Assembly: GCA_016464795.1 (NCBI GenBank)
Contig: JAEKNN010000025.1
Span: 13,548 to 77,547 of the forward strand
DNA: 64,000 bases
Direction: 5' to 3'
Origin: Candidatus Amunia macphersoniae
GTDB taxonomy: Bacteria; Chloroflexota; Dormibacteria; Aeolococcales; Aeolococcaceae
The translations under genes were made by a program, and so were the position numbers. Below the pieces are notes generated by a model. That model was given only the letters and a program-made list of their open reading frames with translations. It did no database searches and had not been told where the DNA came from. Below, piece by piece: positions 38,023 to 47,508 of the stretch (within the stretch, counting starts at the first letter, position 1; each line of letters begins with the position of its first letter).

Positions 38023-39837
38023 GTGGCCGCCGAAAGCTACACCACCCACGAATGCGACGTGCTCGTGGTTGGAGCCGGCGGGGCCGGGATGCGCGCCGCG
38101 ATCGCGGCCGCGCAGGCGGGCTGCAGCACCATCGTGGTCACCAAGTCGCTGCTGGGCAAGGCGCACACGGTGATGGCCGAGGGCGGCATCGCCGCCGGGC
38201 TCGGCAACGTCGACGCCCAGGACAGTTGGGAGGTGCACTTCGCCGACACCATGCTCGGCGGCCAGCTGCTCAACAACTGGCGGATGGTGGAGCTCTACGC
38301 GCACGAGGTCGTCGATCGGGTGTATGAGCTGGAGCGCTGGGGCGGCCTCTTCGACCGCACCGATGACGGGCGCATCATGCAGCGCGCCTTCGGCGCGCAC
38401 AGCTGGAGGCGGCTGGCCCACGTCGGCGACCGCACCGGGTTGGAGCTGATCCGCACCTGCCAGGACCGGCTGGTCCACACCGCCAGAACAGAGTGCTACA
38501 TGGAATACACCCTGACACGCCTCCTCAAGGACGGCGACCGCGTGGTCGGGGCCATGGGCTACAACCGCAACGACGGCAGGTTCGTGGTCATCAAGGCCGG
38601 CGCTGTGGTGCTCGGCAGCGGTGGCTGGGGCCGCATGTACCGCTACACCAGCAACAGCTGGGAGGGCACCGGTGACGGTGCGGCGATGGCCTACGACGCC
38701 GGCGCCGAGCTGCTCGACATGGAGTTCGTGCAGTTCCATCCCACCGGGATGGTGTGGCCGCCGGGTGCGCGCGGCATCCTGGTCACCGAGGCGGTGCGCG
38801 GCGAGGGAGGGTTGCTCTACAACAGCGAGCACAAGCGCTTCATGCTCGAGTACGACCCAGTGAAGAAGGAGCTGAGCTCGCGTGACGTGGTGGCGCGCTC
38901 CATCTACAAGGAGGTGAAGGCCGGACGCGGCTCCCCGCACGGCGGCGCCCTGCTCGACATCACCCATCGCGGCGCCGACTACATCAAGAAGAAGCTCCCC
39001 TCGATGTACGAACAGTTCCACGCCCTGGCATCGGTGGACATCACCAGGGAGGCGATGGAGGTTGGCCCGACCATCCACTACACCATGGGCGGCGTGCGTG
39101 TCGATGCGGAGACGGCGGCGACAACTGTGCCCGGCCTCTACGCCGCCGGCGAGGTCGCCGGTGGCCTGCACGGCGCCAACCGGCTGGGCGGCAACTCGCT
39201 CGGGGACATCCTGGTGTTCGGCCGACGCGCCGGCGTCGCCGCCGCAGAGTTCGCGCGCACTGCCGGTACACGACGACCTGTCATCGAACACGAGGTGGAG
39301 GAGGAGCAGCGCGCCCTGCTGGCGCCCCTGCAGAGCGGCAACGGCAACGCTCCCGGTGAGAATCCGTATCACCTGCACGAGGCGCTGCAGGCGGCGATGC
39401 AGGACGACGCCGGGATCGGCCGGAGCGAGGAGTCGCTGCACCGTGCCCTGGCTGCCATCCTCGAGCTCCGTGAGCGCAGCAGGTCGATGCGGGTCAGCGG
39501 CGGACGCGTCCTCAACCCCGGCTGGCACACGTGCCGGGACGTGACCTTCATGCTGACGGTCAGTGAGGCGATCGTCCGCAGCGCCATCCAGCGGTGCGAG
39601 AGTCGTGGTTCCCAATGGCGTTTCGACCATCTCGAGCAGGACGAGGAGCAGGGCAAGGTGAACTACGTGGCGCGCCGTGACGGCGACACCATGACGGTCG
39701 GCCCCGTGCCCTTGGCGCCGTTGCCCGCTCACCTGGTGAGCCTGCTCACACGCAGCCGGTTCTACGATCCGGCCAAGCTTCCCAAGGGCCACCTGCGGCC
39801 GGAAGCGATGCCGGCCGCCGCCAAGGAGAGCACCTGA
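38023..39837 (+). CDS. sdhA: Succinate dehydrogenase/fumarate reductase flavoprotein subunit
   Basis: DVLVVGAGGAGMRAA, HTVMAEGG, FHPTG and GEVAGGLHGANRLGGNSL. The GTG at 38023 follows the sdhC stop. Confidence 0.92.
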   Translation: MAAESYTTHECDVLVVGAGGAGMRAAIAAAQAGCSTIVVTKSLLGKAHTVMAEGGIAAGLGNVDAQDSWEVHFADTMLGGQLLNNWRMVELYAHEVVDRVYELERWGGLFDRTDDGRIMQRAFGAHSWRRLAHVGDRTGLELIRTCQDRLVHTARTECYMEYTLTRLLKDGDRVVGAMGYNRNDGRFVVIKAGAVVLGSGGWGRMYRYTSNSWEGTGDGAAMAYDAGAELLDMEFVQFHPTGMVWPPGARGILVTEAVRGEGGLLYNSEHKRFMLEYDPVKKELSSRDVVARSIYKEVKAGRGSPHGGALLDITHRGADYIKKKLPSMYEQFHALASVDITREAMEVGPTIHYTMGGVRVDAETAATTVPGLYAAGEVAGGLHGANRLGGNSLGDILVFGRRAGVAAAEFARTAGTRRPVIEHEVEEEQRALLAPLQSGNGNAPGENPYHLHEALQAAMQDDAGIGRSEESLHRALAAILELRERSRSMRVSGGRVLNPGWHTCRDVTFMLTVSEAIVRSAIQRCESRGSQWRFDHLEQDEEQGKVNYVARRDGDTMTVGPVPLAPLPAHLVSLLTRSRFYDPAKLPKGHLRPEAMPAAAKEST

Positions 39838-40703
39838 TGGCAACCGTGGACGACACCGCCAGCTCGCCCATCGCTCAGGCTGCACCCGCTGTTGAGCAGG
39901 GATCGCCCGACCCGGGATTGACCGGGAAGACGCTGACCGTCAGCGTGTTTCGCGGCGTCCCGGGTGCCGAGCAGGGGGAGGTGACCTACGAGGTGCCGGG
40001 GGTGACGGGGATGGTCGTGCTCGACGCCATCCACTACATCCAGCACAACCTCGACACCGACCTGGCGGCGCGGTGGAACTGCAAGGCTGCCAAGTGCGGC
40101 TCCTGCAGTGCCGAGGTCAACGGTCGGCCGGCGCTCATGTGCAAGACACGCATGGACGATCTGCCGGAGGGCCCGGTGACGGTTCGCCCGATGAAGGCCT
40201 TCCCCCTGATCAAGGACCTGGTGACCGACGTCTCACGCAACTACGCCATCGACAAGACGATCGCACCCTTCACCACCGCACCGGACGACGGCACGCCCTG
40301 GCGGATTCAACAGACCGACATCGACAGGCTGTACGAGTTCCGCAAGTGCATCGAATGCTTCCTGTGTCAGGACGTCTGCCACGTCAATCGCAACCACGAG
40401 CTCTCGGACCGCTTCTATGGCCCGCGCTTCTTCGTCCGGGTGGCGGCGCTGGAGATGCATCCCAAGGACATCCTGGATCGCACCGAGCAGACTCGCGACC
40501 AGGGCGGCCTCGGCTACTGCAACATCACCAAGTGCTGCACTGAGGTGTGCCCCGAGCACATTCACATCACCGACAACGCGATCATCCCGCTCAAGGAGCG
40601 GGTCGCCGACAAGCACTGGGATCCGATCCGCTGGATGGGGCGCAAGGTGTTCGGCAGCCGCGACAACGACACTCAGGCTCCGGCGCGCGGCCCGGTCGGG
40701 TAG
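39837..40703 (+). CDS. sdhB: Succinate dehydrogenase/fumarate reductase iron-sulfur subunit
   Basis: CKAAKCGSCSAEVNG, CIECFLCQDVC and CTEVCP cluster motifs. ATGA overlap with sdhA. Confidence 0.9.
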   Translation: MATVDDTASSPIAQAAPAVEQGSPDPGLTGKTLTVSVFRGVPGAEQGEVTYEVPGVTGMVVLDAIHYIQHNLDTDLAARWNCKAAKCGSCSAEVNGRPALMCKTRMDDLPEGPVTVRPMKAFPLIKDLVTDVSRNYAIDKTIAPFTTAPDDGTPWRIQQTDIDRLYEFRKCIECFLCQDVCHVNRNHELSDRFYGPRFFVRVAALEMHPKDILDRTEQTRDQGGLGYCNITKCCTEVCPEHIHITDNAIIPLKERVADKHWDPIRWMGRKVFGSRDNDTQAPARGPVG

Positions 40704-40717
40704 CCACCAAGCGGACA

Positions 40718-40842
40718 GTGATCACGAGGCGTTGCACCGCTCGGCGGCATCGGTACAGCAGCTGGTCGAGCTGATGGACAGCAAGAGAGCCGACATCGAC
40801 GCGAATCTGCCGCGGCTGGGAGGCGCAATCTCAGTCGGCTGA
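40718..40842 (+). pseudogene. Relic copy of the 3' end of mdh (last ~41 codons)
   Basis: [41 protein letters not shown] aligns with the intact Mdh C-terminus ...[46 protein letters not shown] identity is high (~85% by eye over the best-aligned ~48 nt). It is inverted relative to mdh. Confidence 0.75.
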
Positions 40843-41373
40843 CCCAGCGGGCAGATCGCGTCGGCGAGACGCCCGGTGACGGTACAGGGCGGGCAGAATG
40901 CGGAGGTCCTTTGGACGACCCGCTGCCTCCTTGGAGGTGATCACGTCATCGAGGCTCGCAATTTCCACCTGAACTCCCTGCACTTCCATGCGACGCGCAT
41001 GGAGCGCCAATTGCGGGTAGCCTTCGTCGAACCCCGATGGGCGGAATGAAATGTCGAACTCGCCGTGGACGCAGACCAATTTCCACATCTCCGCATCGGC
41101 GAGCGATGTCGCGTCGTGGTCGAAAGCGAGCCCCAGTGGGTCGCCGGCGATCCTGATGCGCGCGCCAAGCGTCGTGAGAGCTGCCGACAGCCGCGCGAGA
41201 TTCTCAGCGGTTGTTTCGGGCGTGATGTGGATATCTCGTGTGGCAGGAATCGGCGCTTGCTGCGCGATTGCGGCAAAGGCGCCGATGACGACAAAGCGGA
41301 CGCCGTAATCGTTGAGAACGGCGATGATCGCAGCGGCGTCGAGTTGTGAAGAGTCCGCCGTCCGGTCGTTCAC
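40831..41373 (-). CDS. Nucleotidyltransferase-fold protein with substituted metal-binding motif (candidate TA or defence partner)
   Basis: GAFAAIAQQAPIPATRDIHI resembles the G-x...DxD NTase motif but reads D-I-H. The C-terminal ASLDDVITSKEAAGRPKDLRILPAL is typical of small NTase families. It overlaps the upstream HTH gene by 4 nt. Confidence 0.55.
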   Translation of the reverse strand: MNDRTADSSQLDAAAIIAVLNDYGVRFVVIGAFAAIAQQAPIPATRDIHITPETTAENLARLSAALTTLGARIRIAGDPLGLAFDHDATSLADAEMWKLVCVHGEFDISFRPSGFDEGYPQLALHARRMEVQGVQVEIASLDDVITSKEAAGRPKDLRILPALYRHRASRRRDLPAGSAD

Positions 41374-41708
41374 TGCTCCAGTGCCGCCGGCTTGGCGCGG
41401 CGCCAGGCCTCGACCTGCTGGTCGCGACGCCTGCGCTCGTCACTCGAACGATGAGCCTCGAGGTCCGCAAGAACCTCGTCATGGGTGTCGCGGGGCTCCA
41501 GGCGCAAGCGCAGCTCGAACCCGGCCGCTGCGATCAGTCTGGTGAGGGTGCTGAGTGTCGGCTGACGGAGGTCGCGCTCATACGCCGAAATCATCGTCGC
41601 AGCAACCCCGGCACGTCGGGCGAGCCGACCCTGAGACATGCCAGCCTTAATCCGTGCCAATTGGAGCAGCGCAGCCGAGGTGGACGGTGTGTCATACGAA
41701 TGTGTCAT
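41370..41708 (-). CDS. XRE-family helix-turn-helix transcriptional regulator (antitoxin-like)
   Basis: LARIKAGMSQGRLARRAGVAATMISAYERDLRQPTLSTLTRLIAAAG is a classic HTH_XRE pattern. ATG at 41708. Confidence 0.8.
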   Translation of the reverse strand: MTHSYDTPSTSAALLQLARIKAGMSQGRLARRAGVAATMISAYERDLRQPTLSTLTRLIAAAGFELRLRLEPRDTHDEVLADLEAHRSSDERRRRDQQVEAWRRAKPAALEQ

Positions 41709-41800
41709 GACACCATTGTATGCCGTTTGCGCGCCACCCTGGCAGGTCCCACCCCCACTCCCCTGAACCCATTGGGCACTATCCCCGTGTGTTGGAGGAG

Positions 41801-42412
41801 ATGTCGTTCGAGAGCTTTCAGGCTGTGTACGGCCGGTGGCGGGCGATGCTCCCTGCACAGGTGGGCAAGCTCTTCGCCGGGTGCGGCTTTCCCTGGTGGA
41901 TCGGCGGCGGCTGGGCCGTCGAGGCCGCGGGAGGCCGCCAACGGGCACACGAGGACACCGACGTCGTGGTCCTGCGCCGCGACCTGGCGGAGGTCCGTCG
42001 ACAGCTCGGCGACTACCACCTGTGGCAGGCACGCGACGGCTTCATCAAGCCCCTGGCGCGTGCCGATGCCATCGGCGAGGAGATCTCCCAACTCTGGCTG
42101 CGCCGCAACGCGTCTTCGCCCTGGGAGCTCGACCTGCTGCTCACCCCAACCGACGGGGACGACTGGCTCTACCGGCGGGAGAACAGCGTGCGGCGGCCGG
42201 TCGGCAGCATCGGGTTCCTGGGCGTTGACGGCCTGCCCTACCTCCGGCCTGAGATCGTGCTGCTGTTCAAGGCCAAGCTTCATCGAGGCAAGGACCAGGC
42301 CGACTTCGACGCGTTGCTGCCACAGTTGTCAGCAGAGGCTCGGGAGTTCCTCGCAGCCTCGCTGCACACCACGCTTCCGGAACACCCCTGGCTGGTCCAG
42401 CTCAGACGATGA
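41801..42412 (+). CDS. Nucleotidyltransferase domain protein (ANT(2'')/LinA-like family)
   Basis: WWIGGGWAVEAAGGRQRAHEDTDVVVLRRD (G-G...D-x-D) and PYLRPEIVLLFKAKLHRGKDQADFDALLP. ATG at 41801 is directly preceded by GGAGGAG. Confidence 0.65.
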   Translation: MSFESFQAVYGRWRAMLPAQVGKLFAGCGFPWWIGGGWAVEAAGGRQRAHEDTDVVVLRRDLAEVRRQLGDYHLWQARDGFIKPLARADAIGEEISQLWLRRNASSPWELDLLLTPTDGDDWLYRRENSVRRPVGSIGFLGVDGLPYLRPEIVLLFKAKLHRGKDQADFDALLPQLSAEAREFLAASLHTTLPEHPWLVQLRR

Positions 42413-42689
42413 TCCCCTCGTCTCCGGCGCCGTGTGCATGCTCACGCTCGGGTGAAGCCGAGCGGTGCTTCTGGTAGTCGGGAGCATCGTCGTCGGGCTC
42501 GGTGGCCGGAGTGGTCACAACAGGGATCTCGACACGGGGCGGCTGGTAGCGGACCCCGAAAAACGGCCCGACGGTCATCAGCACGCCGACAAACGCATCG
42601 CGAAGACCCGAGTCCCGTCGCTTCACCCCTCGACTATAGGCTCGCTCACGGTGACCTGTTCCGGCGCGACCGGCGGTTGATTCGAGCAT
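42402..42689 (-). CDS. Possible small hypothetical protein (start uncertain)
   Basis: Moderately high GC3. Contains GLRDAFVGVLMTVGPFFGVRYQPP. No clear RBS. It is convergent with the NTase gene. Confidence 0.3.
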   Translation of the reverse strand: MLESTAGRAGTGHRERAYSRGVKRRDSGLRDAFVGVLMTVGPFFGVRYQPPRVEIPVVTTPATEPDDDAPDYQKHRSASPEREHAHGAGDEGIIV

Positions 42690-43038
42690 CGGTGTCGTTG
42701 CCTTCGGGATCCGCGAGGACGACCCATCCGCCAGGCAGCTGTTCGCGCCGGTCGTCCACGATCGTCGCACCGAGCGTCCGCAGCCGGTCGACCTCCCGTG
42801 CCTGATCCTGCTCGACCGGCATTAGGTCGAGGTGCACTCTATTCTTCACCGTCTTGGTCTCAGGGACGGTCAAAGACGAGCCGGGGCCATCGATCCTCGG
42901 CCGGACTCGCAATCCAGAACTCGTTGCCGGGCATGTCCTCCTTCTCGAGCCGGTAGCCGGTGACGGTACTCCAGAAACTCGGCGACGACGCGTAGCGTCC
43001 GAGCAGTCGAACGTGACGTTGAAGACGGCCGAAAGCAT
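42646..43038 (-). pseudogene. VOC/glyoxalase-family gene with internal frameshifts
   Basis: The ends look VOC-like (MLSAVFNVTFDCSDA... and ...KNRVHLDLMPVEQDQAREVDRLRTLGATIVDDRREQLPGGWVVLADPEGN). The middle reads sensibly only in other frames (LRVVAEF; FWSTVTGYRLEKEDMPGNEFWIASPAEDRWPRLVFDRP*). Confidence 0.5.
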
Positions 43039-43042
43039 CGAA

Positions 43043-44026
43043 TCAGCCAACCGCCACCGACTCGCCCAGCGCGGGCATCGATGGATCGATATCGCCACGG
43101 CGCGAGTCCATCAGCTCGACGAGCTGCTGCACGGACTCAGCCGAGCGGTGCAGCGCGGCCCGGTCGCTCTCCGACAGCTTCACCTCGACCACCTCGAGCA
43201 GACCGCCGGTGCCGAGCCGTGCGGGCACCCCCGTGTACAGGCCGCTGATGCCGTACTCGCCCTCGAGGTGGACGGCGCACGGCAGTACCTGGTGGGTGTC
43301 GAGGAGGATGGCGTCGGTCATCTGGGCCGCCGCCGCTGAGGGTGCATAGAAGGCGCTCCCCGTCTTCAGCAACGAGACGATCTCGGCGCCCCCGTCGCGG
43401 GCGCGCTGGACGATGATGTCGAGCCGTTCCTTGGGGATGAGCGTGGCGACCGGGACCCCGGCAACAGTGGTCAGCGCGGTGAGCGGCACCATGGTGTCGC
43501 CGTGGCCGCCGAGGACGTAGGCAGCGACGTCGAGCACGGAGGCGTCCAGCTCCTGGGCGATGAAGGTGCGGAATCGCGCGGTGTCGAGCACGCCGGCCAT
43601 GCCGACAACCCGCTGGCGGGGAAACCCGCTCACCGCCTTGGCGATCTGGGCCATGGCATCGAGCGGGTTGCTGACCACGATGATGACCGAGTCCGGTGAC
43701 TGCGTGGCGACCTGCTTGGTGACGGACGCCACGATCTTGGCGTTGGTCATGACCAGGTCGTCGCGCGACATCCCCGGTTTGCGGGCCACTCCGCTGGTGA
43801 TCAGGACCACGTCCGAGCCGGCGGTCTCCTCGTACCCGTTGCTGCCGGTGACCAGGGAGTCGTAACCGACGATCGGCCCCGCCTCGAGCATGTCGAGTGC
43901 CTTGCCCTGGGGAAGCCCCTCGACGATGTCGACGAGCACGATGTCTGCGTAGTTGCGCTCGGCCAGGCGCTGCGTGAGCGTGGCGCCGACGTTGCCGGCG
44001 CCGACGACGGTGATCTTGAAACGCAC
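43043..44026 (-). CDS. mdh: Malate dehydrogenase (LDH-like type)
   Basis: [35 protein letters not shown] and [12 protein letters not shown] at 44026 with GGAG 6 nt upstream. The ORF-track start at 44470 is an upstream artefact. Confidence 0.88.
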   Translation of the reverse strand: MRFKITVVGAGNVGATLTQRLAERNYADIVLVDIVEGLPQGKALDMLEAGPIVGYDSLVTGSNGYEETAGSDVVLITSGVARKPGMSRDDLVMTNAKIVASVTKQVATQSPDSVIIVVSNPLDAMAQIAKAVSGFPRQRVVGMAGVLDTARFRTFIAQELDASVLDVAAYVLGGHGDTMVPLTALTTVAGVPVATLIPKERLDIIVQRARDGGAEIVSLLKTGSAFYAPSAAAAQMTDAILLDTHQVLPCAVHLEGEYGISGLYTGVPARLGTGGLLEVVEVKLSESDRAALHRSAESVQQLVELMDSRRGDIDPSMPALGESVAVG

Positions 44027-44113
44027 GTGGGACTCCGCTGCTGCGTGTGCTGTGAGGGACGCGGGCATTGTAGAAAGGGGGACTCGACGCGCGTGGTTGA
44101 CTAGCATGGCCGG

Positions 44114-44575
44114 ATGCGCACGCCAACCCAGCCACGACGTCTGAGTCGCGCCGAGCGTGCGGTCGCCTACGGGCTGCTCGGCTGGGCGACGGAGATCGTG
44201 TTCACAGCCATCGAGGGCGCCGTCCACCGCCAGACGCGCGATGCCCGCCTCCAGGGCGTGAGCTACCTGTGGATGGGGCCGATCTACGGGTTGTGCGCGA
44301 TCCTGTTCGAACCCGCTCGGGACCTGCTGCGCGGGCGACCTGCGGCCCAGCGCGCCGCCGCGTACGCCACCGGCATCATCGGCGTGGAGTACGTCACCGG
44401 CCGCCTCTTCGAGCGCGCCACCGGAGTGATCCCCTGGGACTACACGGGTCGCAGCCCGCTGGTCATCCACGGGGCCACCCGGCTCGACTACGCGCCACTC
44501 TGGGCGGCGGCGGGACTGGCGTTGGAGCGTGTCGACGATGCCCTGCGCTCGGCGCGGGTCAGCTGGGAGGACTGA
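44114..44575 (+). CDS. Small polytopic membrane protein (putative ABC-transporter type IV / DUF1113-like)
   Basis: [14 protein letters not shown] and [15 protein letters not shown], with four predicted helices. Confidence 0.5.
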   Translation: MRTPTQPRRLSRAERAVAYGLLGWATEIVFTAIEGAVHRQTRDARLQGVSYLWMGPIYGLCAILFEPARDLLRGRPAAQRAAAYATGIIGVEYVTGRLFERATGVIPWDYTGRSPLVIHGATRLDYAPLWAAAGLALERVDDALRSARVSWED

Positions 44576-45303
44576 TGCGGCGCCGGCTTCCCGCGGGGGC
44601 GCGCGAGCGGGTCGGCATCGTGGTGGAACGGCTCCGCCAGGAGCATCCGGCTGCGATCTGCGCCCTCGTTCATCAGTCGCCGCTGCAGCTGTTGGTGGCG
44701 ACCGTCCTGAGCGCCCAGTGCACCGATGAGCGCGTGAACCTGGTCACCCCTGCGCTGTTCGCACGCTACCCGGCCGTCCAGGAGCTGGCCGCGGCGGTGC
44801 CCGACGAGCTGGAGGAGGTGATCCGCTCCACTGGCTTTTTCCGGATGAAGGCTCGCGCCATCCGCGAGATGTCGCAGGACATCGTCGACAGGTACGGCGG
44901 CGAGGTCCCCGCGCGCATGGACGATCTGGTGACGCTGCGCGGAGTCGGTCGCAAGACCGCCAACGTGGTGTTGGGTGTCGCCTTCGGAGTTCCCGGACTG
45001 CCCGTCGACACCCATGTGACCCGGCTGAGCGCCCGTCTCAAGCTGACCTCGGCAACCGATCCCGCCGAGATCGAGCGCGACCTCTGTTCGATGGTGCCCG
45101 CGGAGGAGTGGACCAACTTGAGCCTGCGCCTGATCGTGCACGGACGCCAGGTGTGTGTGGCTCGCAGGCCGCGCTGTCCACAGTGTGCGGTCAACGACAT
45201 CTGTCCCTCGGCGCAGCTGGGCCCGCTGCGACCGGCATCGCTGCGAATGAAGGCTCAGGCGACCTCGCGGTCGTCACGATCACGCTCGCCGAGAGCCAGC
45301 TGA
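44575..45303 (+). CDS. nth: Endonuclease III
   Basis: [16 protein letters not shown], Hh[20 protein letters not shown], and the 4Fe-4S motif [18 protein letters not shown]. Confidence 0.9.
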   Translation: MRRRLPAGARERVGIVVERLRQEHPAAICALVHQSPLQLLVATVLSAQCTDERVNLVTPALFARYPAVQELAAAVPDELEEVIRSTGFFRMKARAIREMSQDIVDRYGGEVPARMDDLVTLRGVGRKTANVVLGVAFGVPGLPVDTHVTRLSARLKLTSATDPAEIERDLCSMVPAEEWTNLSLRLIVHGRQVCVARRPRCPQCAVNDICPSAQLGPLRPASLRMKAQATSRSSRSRSPRAS

Positions 45304-45740
45304 CGGAAGCCGGGGAAGGCGCAGGCGCGGGGACGGTGGATGGCACACACCAGGGTCTCGGTGTGCTGCACCTCGCGCACCTCGATGCCGCAGGCGCGTG
45401 CCACCGCGTCGATGCCGACGACGCGGCCGCCGCCGGCCCTGACGCCAGTGGCGGGGCCGGCTGACGACAGGGTCACCCGTGCATAGATGAACGGCTCGGC
45501 CGGGTGCTCGGGAACACTTGTCTCGATGAGGCTCAAGGTCTGGCCGTCGGCGAGCTCCGCCAACAGCTTCTCGGCAATTCCGCAGAGAAGCGGGCCGGCT
45601 GCCGCCACCCCGGACGCGTCGTGGTAGACCACCACGACCCTGCCGTCCAGGCGGAGGTGTTGGACAGCAAGGGCGCTGAGCCCGGTGCGGCGGTCGAAGA
45701 AGCTGACCGGCAGGGTGGCCAGCGGCGGTGCTGTCTGCAT
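45255..45740 (-). CDS. Hypothetical protein
   Basis: ~161 aa from MQTAPPLATLPVSFF (alternative start at 45770). High GC3, no recognisable motif. Its 3' end overlaps nth. Confidence 0.45.
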   Translation of the reverse strand: MQTAPPLATLPVSFFDRRTGLSALAVQHLRLDGRVVVVYHDASGVAAAGPLLCGIAEKLLAELADGQTLSLIETSVPEHPAEPFIYARVTLSSAGPATGVRAGGGRVVGIDAVARACGIEVREVQHTETLVCAIHRPRACAFPGFRQLALGERDRDDREVA

Positions 45741-45846
45741 GGCGACAGGGTGAGCAATGGACACGGACATCCTGCGGACGTTGCACCGCGCAGGCTCTCG
45801 AGCGGGCTGCGCGCTCTGCCCGTGGACCGTCGTACAGTTCGCTGCC

Positions 45847-47487
45847 ATGCAGGGTGCCCAGAAGCTGACGCCGCTCGACGCCTCCTTCCTCCACCTGGAG
45901 ACTCCCCGCACCCACATGCACATCGGTGGCGTGGCCATCTTCGAGCCGTCGCCACTGGGCACCGGACGGGCCCTCTACGACGGGCTGGCCACAGCGATCG
46001 GGCCGCGCCTCGACCTGATGCCTCGGTATCGCCAGAAGCTGGCGTTCGTGCCGCTCAGCCTGGACACCCCGGTGTGGGTCGACGACCCCGACTTCGACAT
46101 GAGCAACCACCTCGTCCGGGCGGCGCTGCCCAAGCCCGGTGGGGATCGCGAGCTGCAGGATCTGATCGGTCGGGTGTTCTCGCGCCAGCTCGACCGCCGC
46201 CGCCCACTCTGGGAGATCTACATCGTCGAGGGGTTGCAGGAGGGACGTTGGGCACTGCTCACCAAGTCGCACCACGCCATGGTCGACGGGATCAGCAATC
46301 TGGAGCTGGCAACGATCCTTCTCGACGTCGAACCAGAGCCAGGCGCTCAGCCGTTCGGGGTGTCGCGCTGGGAGGCTCGCGAATCCCCCACGGGGATGGG
46401 GCTGCTGATCAACTCACTGCGCGAACGTGTCACCCGCCCGGCCCGCGTGCTCAGTGCCGCACGGGCCGTGGCCGGGCAGCCGCGCCGACTGGCCAACGCC
46501 TTGCGAGACACCGCCAGCGGGCTGGCCTCGATGGCCGAGCACATGGGCGCCGCCAAGTCGGCGATCAATGGCAAGACAGGCCCCGCTCGGGCATACGGGT
46601 ACAGCCGTTTCCCGCTTGACGACTTCCGGTTCATCAAGGGTGTGTTCGGCGGCACCATCAACGACACAGTGCTGGCCGCCGTCGCCGGCGGTCTGCGCCA
46701 CTTCCTGATCGCCCGAGGCGTGGACCCCGACGACGAGCAGCAGGCGCTGCAGGCGCTCTGCCCGGTGAGCATTCGCGACACCAGCGAGCGCACCGCGCTG
46801 GGCAATCGGCTGGCGATGTTGCTGGTCAAGCTGCCCATCGGCGAAGCCGACCCGGAACGGAGGATCGCGGCGGTGCGCACCACCGTCGACGCGCTCAAGG
46901 CACGCAAGCAGGCAGTCGGTGCCGACTTCCTGCTCAACCTCGCCGGTTTCGCGCCGTCGACCCTTCACGCGATGGTCGCGCGAGCCTCCTTGCGACAGAT
47001 CGCCTTCAACCTGATCGTGACCAACGTGCCGGGACCGCAATTTCCCCTGTACTGCCAGGGGGCCAAGCTGGTGGAGGTGTTCCCGATCGCCTTCCTGTAC
47101 GACGGCCAGGAGCTGGCCATCGCCATCTTCAGCTACTCGGGAACGCTGAACTTCGGTTACCTGGTTGATGCCCAGGGGGTTCCCGATGTCGACGTCTTCG
47201 CCCAGTGTGTCGAGGAAGGACTTCGTGAGCTGGTGGAGGCTGCCCGCTCCGCCTCGGGCGAGCACGGGCCCGCGCTGCGCTCGTTGACAGGGAGAAAGGC
47301 GTCCCCGCGGCGCAAGGCGGTCACCGCAGGGAAGTCGGGGGCCTCACCCGCAGGCGGGGCCACCGCCGCCAAGTCCGCGCCGGCCAGGCCAAACGCGAGC
47401 CCAGCACGGGCCACCGCCACGAGATCATCTACGGCGAGCAAGCCCCGGGCAAGCAAAGGTTCGTCTCCCAAGCGCAGGTCGGCGTGA
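45847..47487 (+). CDS. Wax ester synthase/diacylglycerol O-acyltransferase (WS/DGAT) with basic Ala/Pro/Ser/Lys-rich tail
   Basis: Catalytic HHAMVDG motif. The N-terminal LTPLDASFLHLETPRTHMHIGG is typical. I chose the start at M31 of the ORF (45847). Confidence 0.85.
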   Translation: MQGAQKLTPLDASFLHLETPRTHMHIGGVAIFEPSPLGTGRALYDGLATAIGPRLDLMPRYRQKLAFVPLSLDTPVWVDDPDFDMSNHLVRAALPKPGGDRELQDLIGRVFSRQLDRRRPLWEIYIVEGLQEGRWALLTKSHHAMVDGISNLELATILLDVEPEPGAQPFGVSRWEARESPTGMGLLINSLRERVTRPARVLSAARAVAGQPRRLANALRDTASGLASMAEHMGAAKSAINGKTGPARAYGYSRFPLDDFRFIKGVFGGTINDTVLAAVAGGLRHFLIARGVDPDDEQQALQALCPVSIRDTSERTALGNRLAMLLVKLPIGEADPERRIAAVRTTVDALKARKQAVGADFLLNLAGFAPSTLHAMVARASLRQIAFNLIVTNVPGPQFPLYCQGAKLVEVFPIAFLYDGQELAIAIFSYSGTLNFGYLVDAQGVPDVDVFAQCVEEGLRELVEAARSASGEHGPALRSLTGRKASPRRKAVTAGKSGASPAGGATAAKSAPARPNASPARATATRSSTASKPRASKGSSPKRRSA

Positions 47488-47508
47488 GCAGTGCACCTGG
47501 CGCCGTGG

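Noticed and set aside
44027-44470. The upstream 148 codons of the mdh ORF.
   Set aside because: The conserved Rossmann start KITVVGAG follows the GTG at 44026, which has a GGAG RBS. The upstream part overlaps the divergent membrane-protein gene region.
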